The notes under the pieces are model-generated. The model searched no databases and was not told the DNA's origin. It saw nothing but the letters and a program-made list of their open reading frames with translations. Made by a program: the position numbers and the translations under genes. Below are positions 30,069 through 39,265 of a stretch of DNA of 64,000 bases, one piece after another. The DNA lies in NCBI GenBank assembly GCA_016840065.1, contig JAEOTB010000091.1:32001-96000 (forward strand). The letters run 5' to 3'. Numbering within the stretch: position 1 is the stretch's first letter; each line of letters opens with the position of its first letter. Source of the DNA: Candidatus Hermodarchaeota archaeon (lineage in GTDB: Archaea > Asgardarchaeota > Hermodarchaeia > Hermodarchaeales > Hermodarchaeaceae).

Positions 30069-30704
30069 ATGTCTCCTATAAAAGAAGATAGTCATGTACC
30101 TGAGACAGTAAGACAATTGATTCTAGACGCATTACGTTCTCGTCGTTTCAACTCTGTCCGAGAAATTGTTCGCACACTTGAAGTATCTGGAGTAAAACAG
30201 ACTGTAACTCTTAGAGTTATTAAAGACCTTGCCAGAGAGGGAGAAGTCGTTCTCAATCCCCCTAGTGCTCCTGATGATGCGGTTATGGCACCAGTTACAA
30301 GCTTGAAGCACTATTTAGGGAGCACACTATCTATAGATTTATGGCTAACATTGCTACTACTAGCCCTAGGTATAACGACTCCATTCCTGATTCCCAACCT
30401 ATTTCCTTTAGTAACTGTACGCTGGGTTTTCGCAGGCATATTCCTTGTGTTTATACCAGGGTTTGCTTTTGTACGTAGCCTCTACCCATTCGACCGTTTC
30501 ATAGACTACTGGGAACGGCTGGCCCTCTCTATTGGTCTTAGCATCGCCCTTGACGTTCTTGTTGCTTTTGCACTAAACTTCAGTCCTTGGGGAATAACGC
30601 CTTTACCAACATCTGTTGGCCTGTCCTTTGTCACAATAACAGCAATTATGATCGCCACTTACCGCCGTGTAAGAGTTCTAGTGAAACCTAAAGGAAGTGA
30701 ATAG
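30069..30704 (+). CDS. wHTH-like N-terminus plus DUF1616 membrane domain
   Basis: FIPGFAFVRSLYP, ERLALSIGLSIA and LNFSPWGI motifs. Confidence 0.7.
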   Translation: MSPIKEDSHVPETVRQLILDALRSRRFNSVREIVRTLEVSGVKQTVTLRVIKDLAREGEVVLNPPSAPDDAVMAPVTSLKHYLGSTLSIDLWLTLLLLALGITTPFLIPNLFPLVTVRWVFAGIFLVFIPGFAFVRSLYPFDRFIDYWERLALSIGLSIALDVLVAFALNFSPWGITPLPTSVGLSFVTITAIMIATYRRVRVLVKPKGSE

Positions 30705-30726
30705 AAGAACTCAGGAGCGAGTTATT

Positions 30727-31842
30727 CTATCTGAAATCAGTACCAGGATCAATCCGGGCGCCAGGAGGTACAATTGCGCCTGGATAGATAGTTGCACCAT
30801 CACCTACAAGTTGAAATTCTTCAAGACGGATTTTGTCTCCGATTTTTGCGCCTTGCCCAATTACTGTATTTCTCAATACAACGCTTTCACCGATTTCCAC
30901 GCAGTTAAAGATTACAGCATCACGAATTCTTGTACCCGCGCCAATAGTTACATTTCGACCTAGAGTGACATTTGGGCCAATCTCACAATCATTCCCTATT
31001 ATCGTGTCTTTCCCTTTCCAATAAGGCCTGAGATATCGAACATTTCTACTACTTGTGGGACCGATGTACATCCTACGCACTGGCCCATGATGAGTGGGCG
31101 GCGACTCCCGATGAGATTGATTCGTGCTAGCAGCAAGGACTTCTTTATTGGCTTCTAGATAGGAGGAGGGTGTTCCGGTATCAATCCAGAGCCCTTTGTG
31201 TTCCCAACCGTAGACGCGCCCTTTCTCGCATAGTAGTGGGAAGGTTTCTCGTTCGATAGACACCTTTCTTCCCAACGGTATATGATCAAGCACTGACTCG
31301 TCTAGCACGTAGCAGCCTGCATTGATTAAATTACTTGGTGCCGTATCAGCAGGAGGTTTCTCGATAAAAGCAAGAATCTGCCCCTCCGATGTTATATCAA
31401 CAACACCATATCTGGAAGGGTCATCAACGCGGTAGAGCGCAATAGAAGCTTGAGCTTGATGGTAGCGATGGTGAACTAGAATTTGTTGATAGTTCATATC
31501 GGATACAATATCACCGTTAAGTACGAAGAACTCGCCACTTCCACGAAGGTAATCCTCCGCTTGCCTAATTGGACCAGCTGTTCCTAGTGGTTCTTCTTCT
31601 AGTGAATAATGAATGTTAACCCCAAGCCTTTCGCCATCGCCTAAAACTTCTTTAAGTGTATCAGGACGATAGCCAACCGCTAACACAATCTCTCTGAACT
31701 CCTGTTCTGCCAATCGCCCAATCATGTATTCGATAAGGGTTGTATTCCCCAATGGGAGAAGCTGCTTTGGACGTGTATAGGTGAGTGGTCTGAGGCGAGT
31801 CCCGAATCCGCCTACGAGAATAACAGCAATCATATCTATCAA
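30727..31842 (-). CDS. NDP-sugar pyrophosphorylase (mannose-1-phosphate guanylyltransferase-like)
   Basis: GGFGTRLRPLT, PLGTAG, EKP and WIDTGTP motifs, LbH C-terminus. Confidence 0.9.
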   Translation of the reverse strand: MIDMIAVILVGGFGTRLRPLTYTRPKQLLPLGNTTLIEYMIGRLAEQEFREIVLAVGYRPDTLKEVLGDGERLGVNIHYSLEEEPLGTAGPIRQAEDYLRGSGEFFVLNGDIVSDMNYQQILVHHRYHQAQASIALYRVDDPSRYGVVDITSEGQILAFIEKPPADTAPSNLINAGCYVLDESVLDHIPLGRKVSIERETFPLLCEKGRVYGWEHKGLWIDTGTPSSYLEANKEVLAASTNQSHRESPPTHHGPVRRMYIGPTSSRNVRYLRPYWKGKDTIIGNDCEIGPNVTLGRNVTIGAGTRIRDAVIFNCVEIGESVVLRNTVIGQGAKIGDKIRLEEFQLVGDGATIYPGAIVPPGARIDPGTDFR

Positions 31843-31864
31843 CTATTTTGTGTATTGCGAGCTG

Positions 31865-33283
31865 TTAGAGATAAGTGGTTTCGCCAGATTCCCAATAGTC
31901 TCTATCACTGAAACCGAGGCGTTCCTGTTCCCATCTTAATAGACTCTGTGTGTTAGCAATTTGTGTAACAAAATCTATAATCTTCGCACTCACGTTCTCA
32001 CCGTAGAGGTTGGGTATGGCACGCATTTGCCGATTCAAGTCTTTATTTTCCACAACTTCTTGAATCACCCTGAATACAACATCCGAGGTTATTGGTGGCG
32101 CGAGAACATTCGCACCAGCAATAAGAGTTTCAGGTCTATCTGAATTGAAACGTAATGTCGCACAGGGAACATGAAGGATATTCGCTTCTTCTTGAATGCT
32201 GCCGCTATCTGTGGCTATTGCTGCACAATCTTTCATAACACGGATTACATCAGTGTAGTAGGGCCATACTTCAGAGAACACGAGAGAAGAATGTTTTTCT
32301 GCGAATCTACGTATCTTCCTCTCCAGCCCGTAGGCGCGAAGCGCGGTAAATGTCCCACCTAACGCAATCCAAAGGACCGTATACCCATTTTCAACAAGCC
32401 TTGTGACAGTATCATACAGGACTTTGAAACGGTGTTTAGAGACTATGTTTCCACGCCGATGAACGCAAAAACGAATCACTGAGCCCTCTTCTAAGATAGG
32501 ATACCTTTCATATATTCGACTCGAAGCAGCTTTCCCTAGAGCGATGCGTAATGAGTCGCTTACAGTATTACCTACAACACGAACCCTATCCGCTGGAAAA
32601 CCTTCTTCGAGAAGATTCTGCTGATTCAGCTTAACAGGTGCAAGGTGTAACCCAGAAACCGTCGCAGCTGTCCGGGTGTCGAATTGCTCTGGAAAAGGTT
32701 CAAGTGAACCTTTATGCCATAGATCACGCTGTTGGAGCCGTTCATAGAACTCCTCAACAGAAATCTTGTCTTTTACTAACTGCTCCAATTGATTGGCACT
32801 CGGTGTTAGAGTTCTCAACCCCGCCTCAACATGAACTACAGGTGTATAGTTATTATAGCAAGCTACACCACCCGCGGCTGCTGTCGATGTATCGCCATGC
32901 ACATATGGTAACAGAATTTTTTCTGGAGCTTCATGTCGTAACCTGTTCACTATGAAACCTAACCGCTCGATAATCTGGGCAATCTTCTGATAAAGCGACC
33001 CCCGAATATTTAGAATGAAATCCGGTCGAACATTGAATTCTTCATGTAAAGCGCCTGATAGGTTCCAATCATAATGCTGCCCAGTGTGACCAAGTAATGC
33101 GAATTTACCTTGACGCTGAAGCTCCAAGTACACAGGAAACTGTTTTATGAGATCAGGTTTTGTTGCGACCATCACTAGATGAACTAAACGATCTTGTGAA
33201 GCCCGAATCTCCTCAAACAGACCTGAGCGAACTTGAAGCGGCGGTGTTTCAGGCGCTTCAACACTTAACTCTTCATACGACAA
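31865..33283 (-). CDS. Divergent UDP-GlcNAc 2-epimerase-family protein
   Basis: ATKPD, TGQHYD, HGDT, HVEAGLRT and TDSGSIQEEA motifs. Confidence 0.8.
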   Translation of the reverse strand: MSYEELSVEAPETPPLQVRSGLFEEIRASQDRLVHLVMVATKPDLIKQFPVYLELQRQGKFALLGHTGQHYDWNLSGALHEEFNVRPDFILNIRGSLYQKIAQIIERLGFIVNRLRHEAPEKILLPYVHGDTSTAAAGGVACYNNYTPVVHVEAGLRTLTPSANQLEQLVKDKISVEEFYERLQQRDLWHKGSLEPFPEQFDTRTAATVSGLHLAPVKLNQQNLLEEGFPADRVRVVGNTVSDSLRIALGKAASSRIYERYPILEEGSVIRFCVHRRGNIVSKHRFKVLYDTVTRLVENGYTVLWIALGGTFTALRAYGLERKIRRFAEKHSSLVFSEVWPYYTDVIRVMKDCAAIATDSGSIQEEANILHVPCATLRFNSDRPETLIAGANVLAPPITSDVVFRVIQEVVENKDLNRQMRAIPNLYGENVSAKIIDFVTQIANTQSLLRWEQERLGFSDRDYWESGETTYL

Positions 33284-33450
33284 CTACAACACCTACAATC
33301 TTATTTATCGAGAGAGAATGAATTCCTATACAAAGCTGTATCTCAAATTCACATCGAATCCACCAAGAAATTGTAATCCGATTAACGGCAAAACTTAAGA
33401 ACAAGACTCACTAAGGCAACGCTAAATCCCCATTTGAGGGAAACGTAACA

Positions 33451-33768
33451 ATGGGCCGAGACAAAATCTATGGTTTCCTTATCCTCTTATTCGCCATCCT
33501 CTTCGCACTGTATTATACTTTCTGGGCGATGCTCTATCCATTCATGTACTATTCCATGGCTCCCGCTTCGTGGACAACACATCCATGGTATCAATGGTTC
33601 AGCTGGATTCCACTAATTTCCTATGAACCATACTTCGCAGTCGCTATTCCCCTATGGATTGCCATCGTTCTGATTCTCTTCATTATTGCTTGGATCGGTT
33701 GGACAATGTTGACCACTCCGCCTCCTATTCCTCTTGAAGAGATTGAAGAAGACGAGGAGTCTGGCTAG
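33451..33768 (+). CDS. Small two-TM protein, DPM2-like
   Basis: D..G.L....F.LYYTFW..L.PF and FAVAIP pattern; archaeal-type TTPPP.P.EEI tail. Confidence 0.6.
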   Translation: MGRDKIYGFLILLFAILFALYYTFWAMLYPFMYYSMAPASWTTHPWYQWFSWIPLISYEPYFAVAIPLWIAIVLILFIIAWIGWTMLTTPPPIPLEEIEEDEESG

Positions 33769-33797
33769 TAAGAGTAGCAAGCGAAAGATAGCAGCCA

Positions 33798-33870
33798 TCA
33801 ACTCACAAGCTGAGTTGAATCTATTGGCACACCCATTTTGGAAAAGGGGAGTGCCAATTACCCATTTTTT
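33798..33870. terminator. Two stem-loops plus T-run between convergent genes
   Basis: TCAACTCA/TGAGTTGA (33798-33818), ATTGGCAC/GTGCCAAT (33823-33858), TTTTTT at 33865-33870. Confidence 0.45.
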
Positions 33871-33989
33871 CTTATCACATTGGTTCTAGAGTTATATTCT
33901 GTCTCTTACTAACGCTCGTGCAATTACAACCTCTTCATCAGAGAAAGGAAGTATATAGGCGGATCTTAATGTATTTGGAGAATAGATGG

Positions 33990-34223
33990 CTAGGGAGTAG
34001 TGCTGTCTTCAGTAGAGAGGATTTGGCGCCAAAGGTCAAGGGTTTTCTCCGCTTCGCTGCGGTCCACTTTCTGAATTGCATACCCGGTGTGAACGAGAAC
34101 ATAGTCACCAACAACCGCGTCTGGGAGAAGGGCAAGGGATATGACACGGGTGACGCCACCAAAGTCGACTGTAGCCTTATCTTCTTCGATTGAGAGTATC
34201 CGGGCGGGAATTGCAAGGCACAT
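33990..34223 (-). CDS. hypC: [NiFe]-hydrogenase maturation chaperone HypC
   Basis: MCLAIP and GDYVLVHTGYA motifs. Confidence 0.95.
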   Translation of the reverse strand: MCLAIPARILSIEEDKATVDFGGVTRVISLALLPDAVVGDYVLVHTGYAIQKVDRSEAEKTLDLWRQILSTEDSTTP

Positions 34224-34320
34224 TTATTGTCACCTAGAATTCTAAGCGAGTAGTGTTATTGACGTGACGACGGATGCTTCTTAAGCCTTGTTACATTGCT
34301 AGAGTGGATGTGAAAGTACT

Positions 34321-35277
34321 TTGAATCCAAAAAGAGTGCAGTTGTTGGCAAAGCGTTTTGGTTATCAAGAATATATGGTTGAACGGTATTTCGCACTTTT
34401 TGGTGAAGAAACAGAGGTATTTCTAGAAGGTAATGATCAGCCTCTTCTGAAGACGATTCGATGTAATACACTAGCTATCAAACCTGAGATATTGGTGGCA
34501 CGGCTAAAGAAGAAGGGATTCACCTTAGAGGCTATCCAAGATATTGATTATGCGTTTCGTGTAATAGCAGGGAAATTCCCACTGGGAGCAACAACGGAAT
34601 ACCTTCTTGGGTATTATTTTTTGCAAAGTGTAGCATCTATGTGGGCAGTAGAGGTTCTGAACCCGCGGGATTCTAGTTTTGTAGTGGATATGTGTGCCGC
34701 TCCAGGTGGTAAAACTACCCACATCGCTCAATTGATGGGAAATTCCGGAGCGCTGCTAATAACAGATATCAGTCGAACTCGGATGCGAGGGCTCCGTTCA
34801 AATTTATCGAGGATGAGAATTGAGAACGTATTGGCAATAAGGGTAGACGCAGCACGACTACCTGAAACAGAGGTCAAAGCAGATAAGATACTGCTTGATG
34901 CCCCGTGTACTGGTGAGGGTTTAATCCCACTAGACCCAAAGAGAAAGCAGAGCAGAAGTCTAGAGGATATCAATACCATGGCATCAGTCCAGCGGAAATT
35001 AATTATTGCCGCATCCAAGTTACTCAAGGAGGGGGGAACTTTGGTCTATTCGACCTGTTCCTTTGCCCCAGAAGAAAACGAAGAAATCATTGACTATGCC
35101 TTACAACATTGTCACCTTCGCGTTGTAGATACAGGTCTGACTTTTGGTAATCCTGGTCTGACAAGACCTTTTGGTCGCGTTATGGACGATTCGCTTGTCA
35201 AAGCTCGTCGCTTTTATCCTTACAAACACAAAATGGAGGGATTCTTCATATGCAAACTGGAAAAGGTCACCGTTTAG
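34321..35277 (+). CDS. NOL1/NOP2-type RNA m5C methyltransferase
   Basis: DMCAAPGGKT, LLDAPC and YSTCS..PEENE motifs. Confidence 0.9.
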   Translation: MNPKRVQLLAKRFGYQEYMVERYFALFGEETEVFLEGNDQPLLKTIRCNTLAIKPEILVARLKKKGFTLEAIQDIDYAFRVIAGKFPLGATTEYLLGYYFLQSVASMWAVEVLNPRDSSFVVDMCAAPGGKTTHIAQLMGNSGALLITDISRTRMRGLRSNLSRMRIENVLAIRVDAARLPETEVKADKILLDAPCTGEGLIPLDPKRKQSRSLEDINTMASVQRKLIIAASKLLKEGGTLVYSTCSFAPEENEEIIDYALQHCHLRVVDTGLTFGNPGLTRPFGRVMDDSLVKARRFYPYKHKMEGFFICKLEKVTV

Positions 35278-35798
35278 TCTTTGAACCACCAACATCGACC
35301 GAGCTGAGGATAATCCTCGAAAGTTTTCAACGGTTTATGAACCCTAGTGATATCAGGTTATTACTGAAGGATAAACGCATCCTTATTGTTCGTGGACGTC
35401 GGCTGGAAGTGTATTTGGTATCGAACACTTTGTGGAACCTTTACACATCGGTAAAAGAATGGCGCCACCCTTATTTTATCGGACTGTTCTTAGGGGAGAT
35501 TCGAGGTAAGATCCTCCAACCAAGCCTTCACGTTTGTCATAGACTTTCATCAAAACCAGTAAGTGAAGCGGTCGTCGTCGTTACCCCACAAGGAGAACAG
35601 AGATTTCTCTACGGTAAAAACTTGGAAAATAATCATCTAGAGAAGCAGCCAAAAGAAGAAATTGCTAATTTGGAAGTAATTGTATTGAATCGACAAGGAG
35701 AAGGTCTTGGTTTTGGGAAATTGAAACAAGAGTCTGGAGAAAAAATAACGCTACAGAATCGCAAGGACCTAGGATGGTATCTTCGAATGGGTGGATAA
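35250..35798 (+). CDS. NIP7-like ribosome biogenesis protein (PUA domain)
   Basis: PYFIGLFLGE, EQRFLYG and DLGWYLR motifs. Confidence 0.75.
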   Translation: MQTGKGHRLVFEPPTSTELRIILESFQRFMNPSDIRLLLKDKRILIVRGRRLEVYLVSNTLWNLYTSVKEWRHPYFIGLFLGEIRGKILQPSLHVCHRLSSKPVSEAVVVVTPQGEQRFLYGKNLENNHLEKQPKEEIANLEVIVLNRQGEGLGFGKLKQESGEKITLQNRKDLGWYLRMGG

Positions 35799-35840
35799 AA
35801 ACGGGAATGAGGCGGCATCTTAGCCGCCTCGACTAGTAAC

Positions 35841-36131
35841 CTAACCGAAGAGCGCTCCAAGCCCAGTGACTTCTTCTTCCTTCGGCTTTTCTTCTTCCTT
35901 GGGTTTGGCTTCTTCTTTTGGCTTCGCTGCTGCGCTTGCAGGAGCTGCAGCCGCGACGGGGGCTGCTTTGAGAGCTTCCTCAATATCAATTCCCTTTAAG
36001 GCTGCGACTAACGCTTTCACACGACCTTCGTCGGGTTTAACGCCAGCAGCACTTAGAACCTTAGTTAGACTTGCATCGGTAATTGATTTACCAGCCTTAT
36101 GAAGTACCATTGCTGAATAGACATATTCCAT
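35841..36131 (-). CDS. rpl12: Ribosomal stalk protein P1/L12
   Basis: [11 protein letters not shown]...GLGALFG; start moved to ATG 36131 behind GGAGG. Confidence 0.95.
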   Translation of the reverse strand: MEYVYSAMVLHKAGKSITDASLTKVLSAAGVKPDEGRVKALVAALKGIDIEEALKAAPVAAAAPASAAAKPKEEAKPKEEEKPKEEEVTGLGALFG

Positions 36132-36232
36132 GATTCGTTGTCCTCCATAGTTTTCCATAAAGGGACAGTTGTTTCGTTTGAGGGGCAATGCTTCCTAAAT
36201 TGCGTATTTTAACCTTTCGTCTTGTCAGACTT

Positions 36233-37177
36233 TTAATCAGGCATCGCTTCCGGGTTTTTCTCCTTGAGAGTTCTGGCAAGAACAGAAGCCTGTTGCTCTG
36301 CTCGTGCAAGCATGTCAGGCATTGCCTCATCAGTCAAGAAACCAGTAGCAAATACTAAACTTCGTGCTTCTCGATTTGCCTGTTGGAGCAATAGTGGCAG
36401 AGTTTCAGGCGTTATATAGTTAATTGCTAGTGCTACAAATCTGCCTGCCTGAGCAGCTTCCTGAAACTGAGCAATGATATCGCTTGTGCTTATTTCAAAT
36501 ACAGCCGCTGAAAGAACTGAACCGCTGTCATAGGCAGCAGACAGTTTTAGATAAATTTCATAAGGCTCAAGGCCAAGCCGTGAGAGAACAAGTGCTTGAG
36601 CTCTTGACACTGTTTCGCCTGCTTCTACAACCACATGATCCTCTGTGATCCAGATGGATCCACCTTGGACACGGGTTTTTAATCCAACCTGACCCAATTC
36701 CGAGATTAGAGGGCCAGGTGGGAAGCCAGTGTTTCCTGCGGTAATAATGATGTCTTTAGGTGAAACCGTACCAGCTTTAGCTGGAGCTTTTGCTTTGTTC
36801 TTATGCAGCATTTCATTGAGCTCGAATGGATTCGCTTTGGCAAAGGCAAATGCACAGGAGCCTTGAACAAACGGGATTAACTCAGTAAGGCCCTTTTTTG
36901 TGGTGGCTTGTTTAATTGCCCTTATCATCATCGAATTCTTTGCCATGAGAATGACGGCTTCTCCTCTGAGCGCTTTCTTAATCCTCTGAAGCTGTTTCGA
37001 GCCAATACTCTCTGTTCTGATTAGGCAAATGTACTCGTATTGCTCAATGAGTGAGACTAGGCGATTAACCTCCTCTAGTTTCATTTGAGGAACTGGTCGC
37101 CCCTGTTGGGTTCTAGGAGTATCGCCAGTGGCTACTGGACTCGCACCTGCACTCATTTTCATCACCATAATTGTCAT
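36233..37177 (-). CDS. rpl10: Ribosomal protein uL10 (P0)
   Basis: KNSMM, APAKAG and TGFPPGP motifs. Confidence 0.92.
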   Translation of the reverse strand: MTIMVMKMSAGASPVATGDTPRTQQGRPVPQMKLEEVNRLVSLIEQYEYICLIRTESIGSKQLQRIKKALRGEAVILMAKNSMMIRAIKQATTKKGLTELIPFVQGSCAFAFAKANPFELNEMLHKNKAKAPAKAGTVSPKDIIITAGNTGFPPGPLISELGQVGLKTRVQGGSIWITEDHVVVEAGETVSRAQALVLSRLGLEPYEIYLKLSAAYDSGSVLSAAVFEISTSDIIAQFQEAAQAGRFVALAINYITPETLPLLLQQANREARSLVFATGFLTDEAMPDMLARAEQQASVLARTLKEKNPEAMPD

Positions 37178-37833
37178 ATTTTAATTTCTACAGTTGGACC
37201 CATCGTGGTTTTAACAAACACGTTGCGAATGTTGTTCATTCCTTTTTCGAGATTATGTTCTAGTGCTACTATAACTGCTTGTATGTTTTCTGCAACGAGT
37301 TTGGGGTCCATTGATAGTCTTCCAACTTTTACTTGAATTACAAGATTCTTCCGCATCCGAAGCTTTACAGACGATGAGAACTCAGAAAGGAGTTTTCCGA
37401 TATCAGTATCAGGAGTTACTGGACGCGGCATTTTCCCTCTTGGACCAAGAACAGGACCTAATATTCGACCCACTAGTGGCATCAAATCTGTTTGTGCAAT
37501 GAAGAAGGCAATCTCCTCAGCTAGCGCTTTTGCTTCTTCTTTTTCTGAGCCAAGCCGCTCAATATCCTGGGCTTCAAGCACTTTATAGGCCCCTGCTTGA
37601 CGCGCATTATAAGCTAAGTTACCTGAACCGATAACACAAACTCTAGTACCCTCCTCAATGGCGTGAGGTAGAGGAGTATCGATGTTGATTTGTTTTCCTC
37701 TTTTCAAATCTATACCTTTGAGGTTGACAATGACTTCTATAGACTCCTCAAATTTCCGTTTTTTAGCCTTAGCTTTAGCCTCTGTTACTGCATCGATTAT
37801 CTTGTCAAGTTCCACCAAATCAGACGCCCCCAT
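37174..37833 (-). CDS. rpl1: Ribosomal protein uL1
   Basis: RKFEESIE, LGPRGKMP and KTTMGP motifs. Confidence 0.95.
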   Translation of the reverse strand: MGASDLVELDKIIDAVTEAKAKAKKRKFEESIEVIVNLKGIDLKRGKQINIDTPLPHAIEEGTRVCVIGSGNLAYNARQAGAYKVLEAQDIERLGSEKEEAKALAEEIAFFIAQTDLMPLVGRILGPVLGPRGKMPRPVTPDTDIGKLLSEFSSSVKLRMRKNLVIQVKVGRLSMDPKLVAENIQAVIVALEHNLEKGMNNIRNVFVKTTMGPTVEIKI

Positions 37834-38321
37834 TAATCATTTGACTGCAGCTGACTGGCGTATGTGCCCTTTTCGATTTCTTGCTGAATGATCCGAGGAT
37901 CTTCTCCTTCAACTGTAATCCCCATCGAAACGCAGGTTCCCAGTACTGACTTCACTTTATCCGCTAAAGAAGAGCCTAGCAAGTCTTTCTCCTTCGCTTT
38001 TACTACAGTAATTACCTGTTCAAACGTTATGTTGCCTGTGACCTCAGAACCTGCATTTCCTGTACCTTTTTCTGCGCCAGCCTCCTTAAGAATCAGAGCA
38101 GAGGTTGGCGGCAAGCCAATCTCTATCTCGAACTCCTTTGTATCTGTATCCACAATAATCTTAACGGGAACCCTGAGGCCTTTCAGGTCAGCTGTTAGAC
38201 GATTAATTTCTTGGACGATTTGGTACAGGTTTGCACCTGTTGGACCAAGTACTGGAGCAATTGGTGGTCCCGCGGAGGCCTTTCCGCCTTCAATAAGTGC
38301 TTCGCAGATAGTTTTTGGCAT
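37833..38321 (-). CDS. rpl11: Ribosomal protein uL11
   Basis: GGKASAGPP and GTCVSMG motifs. Confidence 0.95.
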   Translation of the reverse strand: MPKTICEALIEGGKASAGPPIAPVLGPTGANLYQIVQEINRLTADLKGLRVPVKIIVDTDTKEFEIEIGLPPTSALILKEAGAEKGTGNAGSEVTGNITFEQVITVVKAKEKDLLGSSLADKVKSVLGTCVSMGITVEGEDPRIIQQEIEKGTYASQLQSND

Positions 38322-38434
38322 TGCTGGTTCCCCTGAGTGGAGTTCAGCTTCTCAAGCTTTACGCAATTTAAAAATCTTGCCTAAGGAAAGCGACTTTTAT
38401 GATATCCACGTAGCGGCGAAATTCCTGTTAGTAC

Positions 38435-38929
38435 TTATAATTCTTCAAGATTCTCCTTCTCTCCCAGAACATCGCGTTCACTCCGTTCCACCAAGCGAAG
38501 GAAATCAGCGTGAACTTTGACTGGAATGCCTGCCGATTCAAAGAGTTCGAGAGTCACTTCGTCCTTGGATGCATCTATTCGCATAACACGAGCCCTTTCG
38601 CCCTTGAAGGGTCCACCAGTAATTTCTACAACATCACCAAGATCTAAGTCTTCTGTTGGTGGACGCGGTAATAGAATATGCTCAATTTCCTTGAGTAACA
38701 GGTTTCCCTTGATAATGCCTTTGATATGAGGAATTCCAGCAATTGCTAGTTCTACATCTCGAGAGCTAGGTGCTTCTATGAAGATGTACCCTTTCAGTGG
38801 TTCAGGCACAAGAATCGCTTTCAAATCTACTTGACGCTTTGTAACACGACCAGATATGACATGCGCTATCCCTTTCTCTTGACCAATTGTAGTTCGTACA
38901 ATGTATATGTTTGTCTCTTCAGCTGCCAT
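38435..38929 (-). CDS. spt5: Transcription elongation factor Spt5/NusG
   Basis: TTIGQE, KGYIFIEA and KOW motif GPFKGE. Confidence 0.95.
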   Translation of the reverse strand: MAAEETNIYIVRTTIGQEKGIAHVISGRVTKRQVDLKAILVPEPLKGYIFIEAPSSRDVELAIAGIPHIKGIIKGNLLLKEIEHILLPRPPTEDLDLGDVVEITGGPFKGERARVMRIDASKDEVTLELFESAGIPVKVHADFLRLVERSERDVLGEKENLEEL

Positions 38930-38979
38930 GAAAGGTCACATCCTGTTTAATTAGAGAAGACACTTTCTTTGAATCGTAA

Positions 38980-39183
38980 CTAAGATGTAGGTCCGAATGC
39001 GGGCATGGACGTTACCATCAGGAAGACCATCTTGATGATGTAGCCAACGAATCCGATAGCGAAGAGTCCAAGGAGACTGATTCGCAGTTGTAACCAAATC
39101 TCGGTCCGAGTGGGTCTTTTAGCAAGTCGAGCGATACGTTTGGTATTTTCCCAAAATGTTGAAGCGTCAACCATGTCGTTCAC
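38980..39183 (-). CDS. secE: Protein translocase subunit SecE/Sec61-gamma
   Basis: LAKRPTRTE and IGFVGYII motifs; position before spt5. Confidence 0.9.
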   Translation of the reverse strand: MNDMVDASTFWENTKRIARLAKRPTRTEIWLQLRISLLGLFAIGFVGYIIKMVFLMVTSMPAFGPTS

Positions 39184-39265
39184 CTATAGCTAACTAGGGC
39201 TTTGGGATTTGTCACTACACGTGTTCTTAATAAGTCTTTTCGGCGTGACGAAGTTGAAGGGATGA

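Noticed and set aside
36132-36188. 19-aa N-terminal extension of P1/L12
   Set aside because: The conserved start MEY lies at 36131 with its own SD.
37888-38520. 210-aa plus-strand ORF (and similar antisense ORFs such as 58608-59108 and 61274-61756)
   Set aside because: Antisense shadows of well-supported conserved genes.
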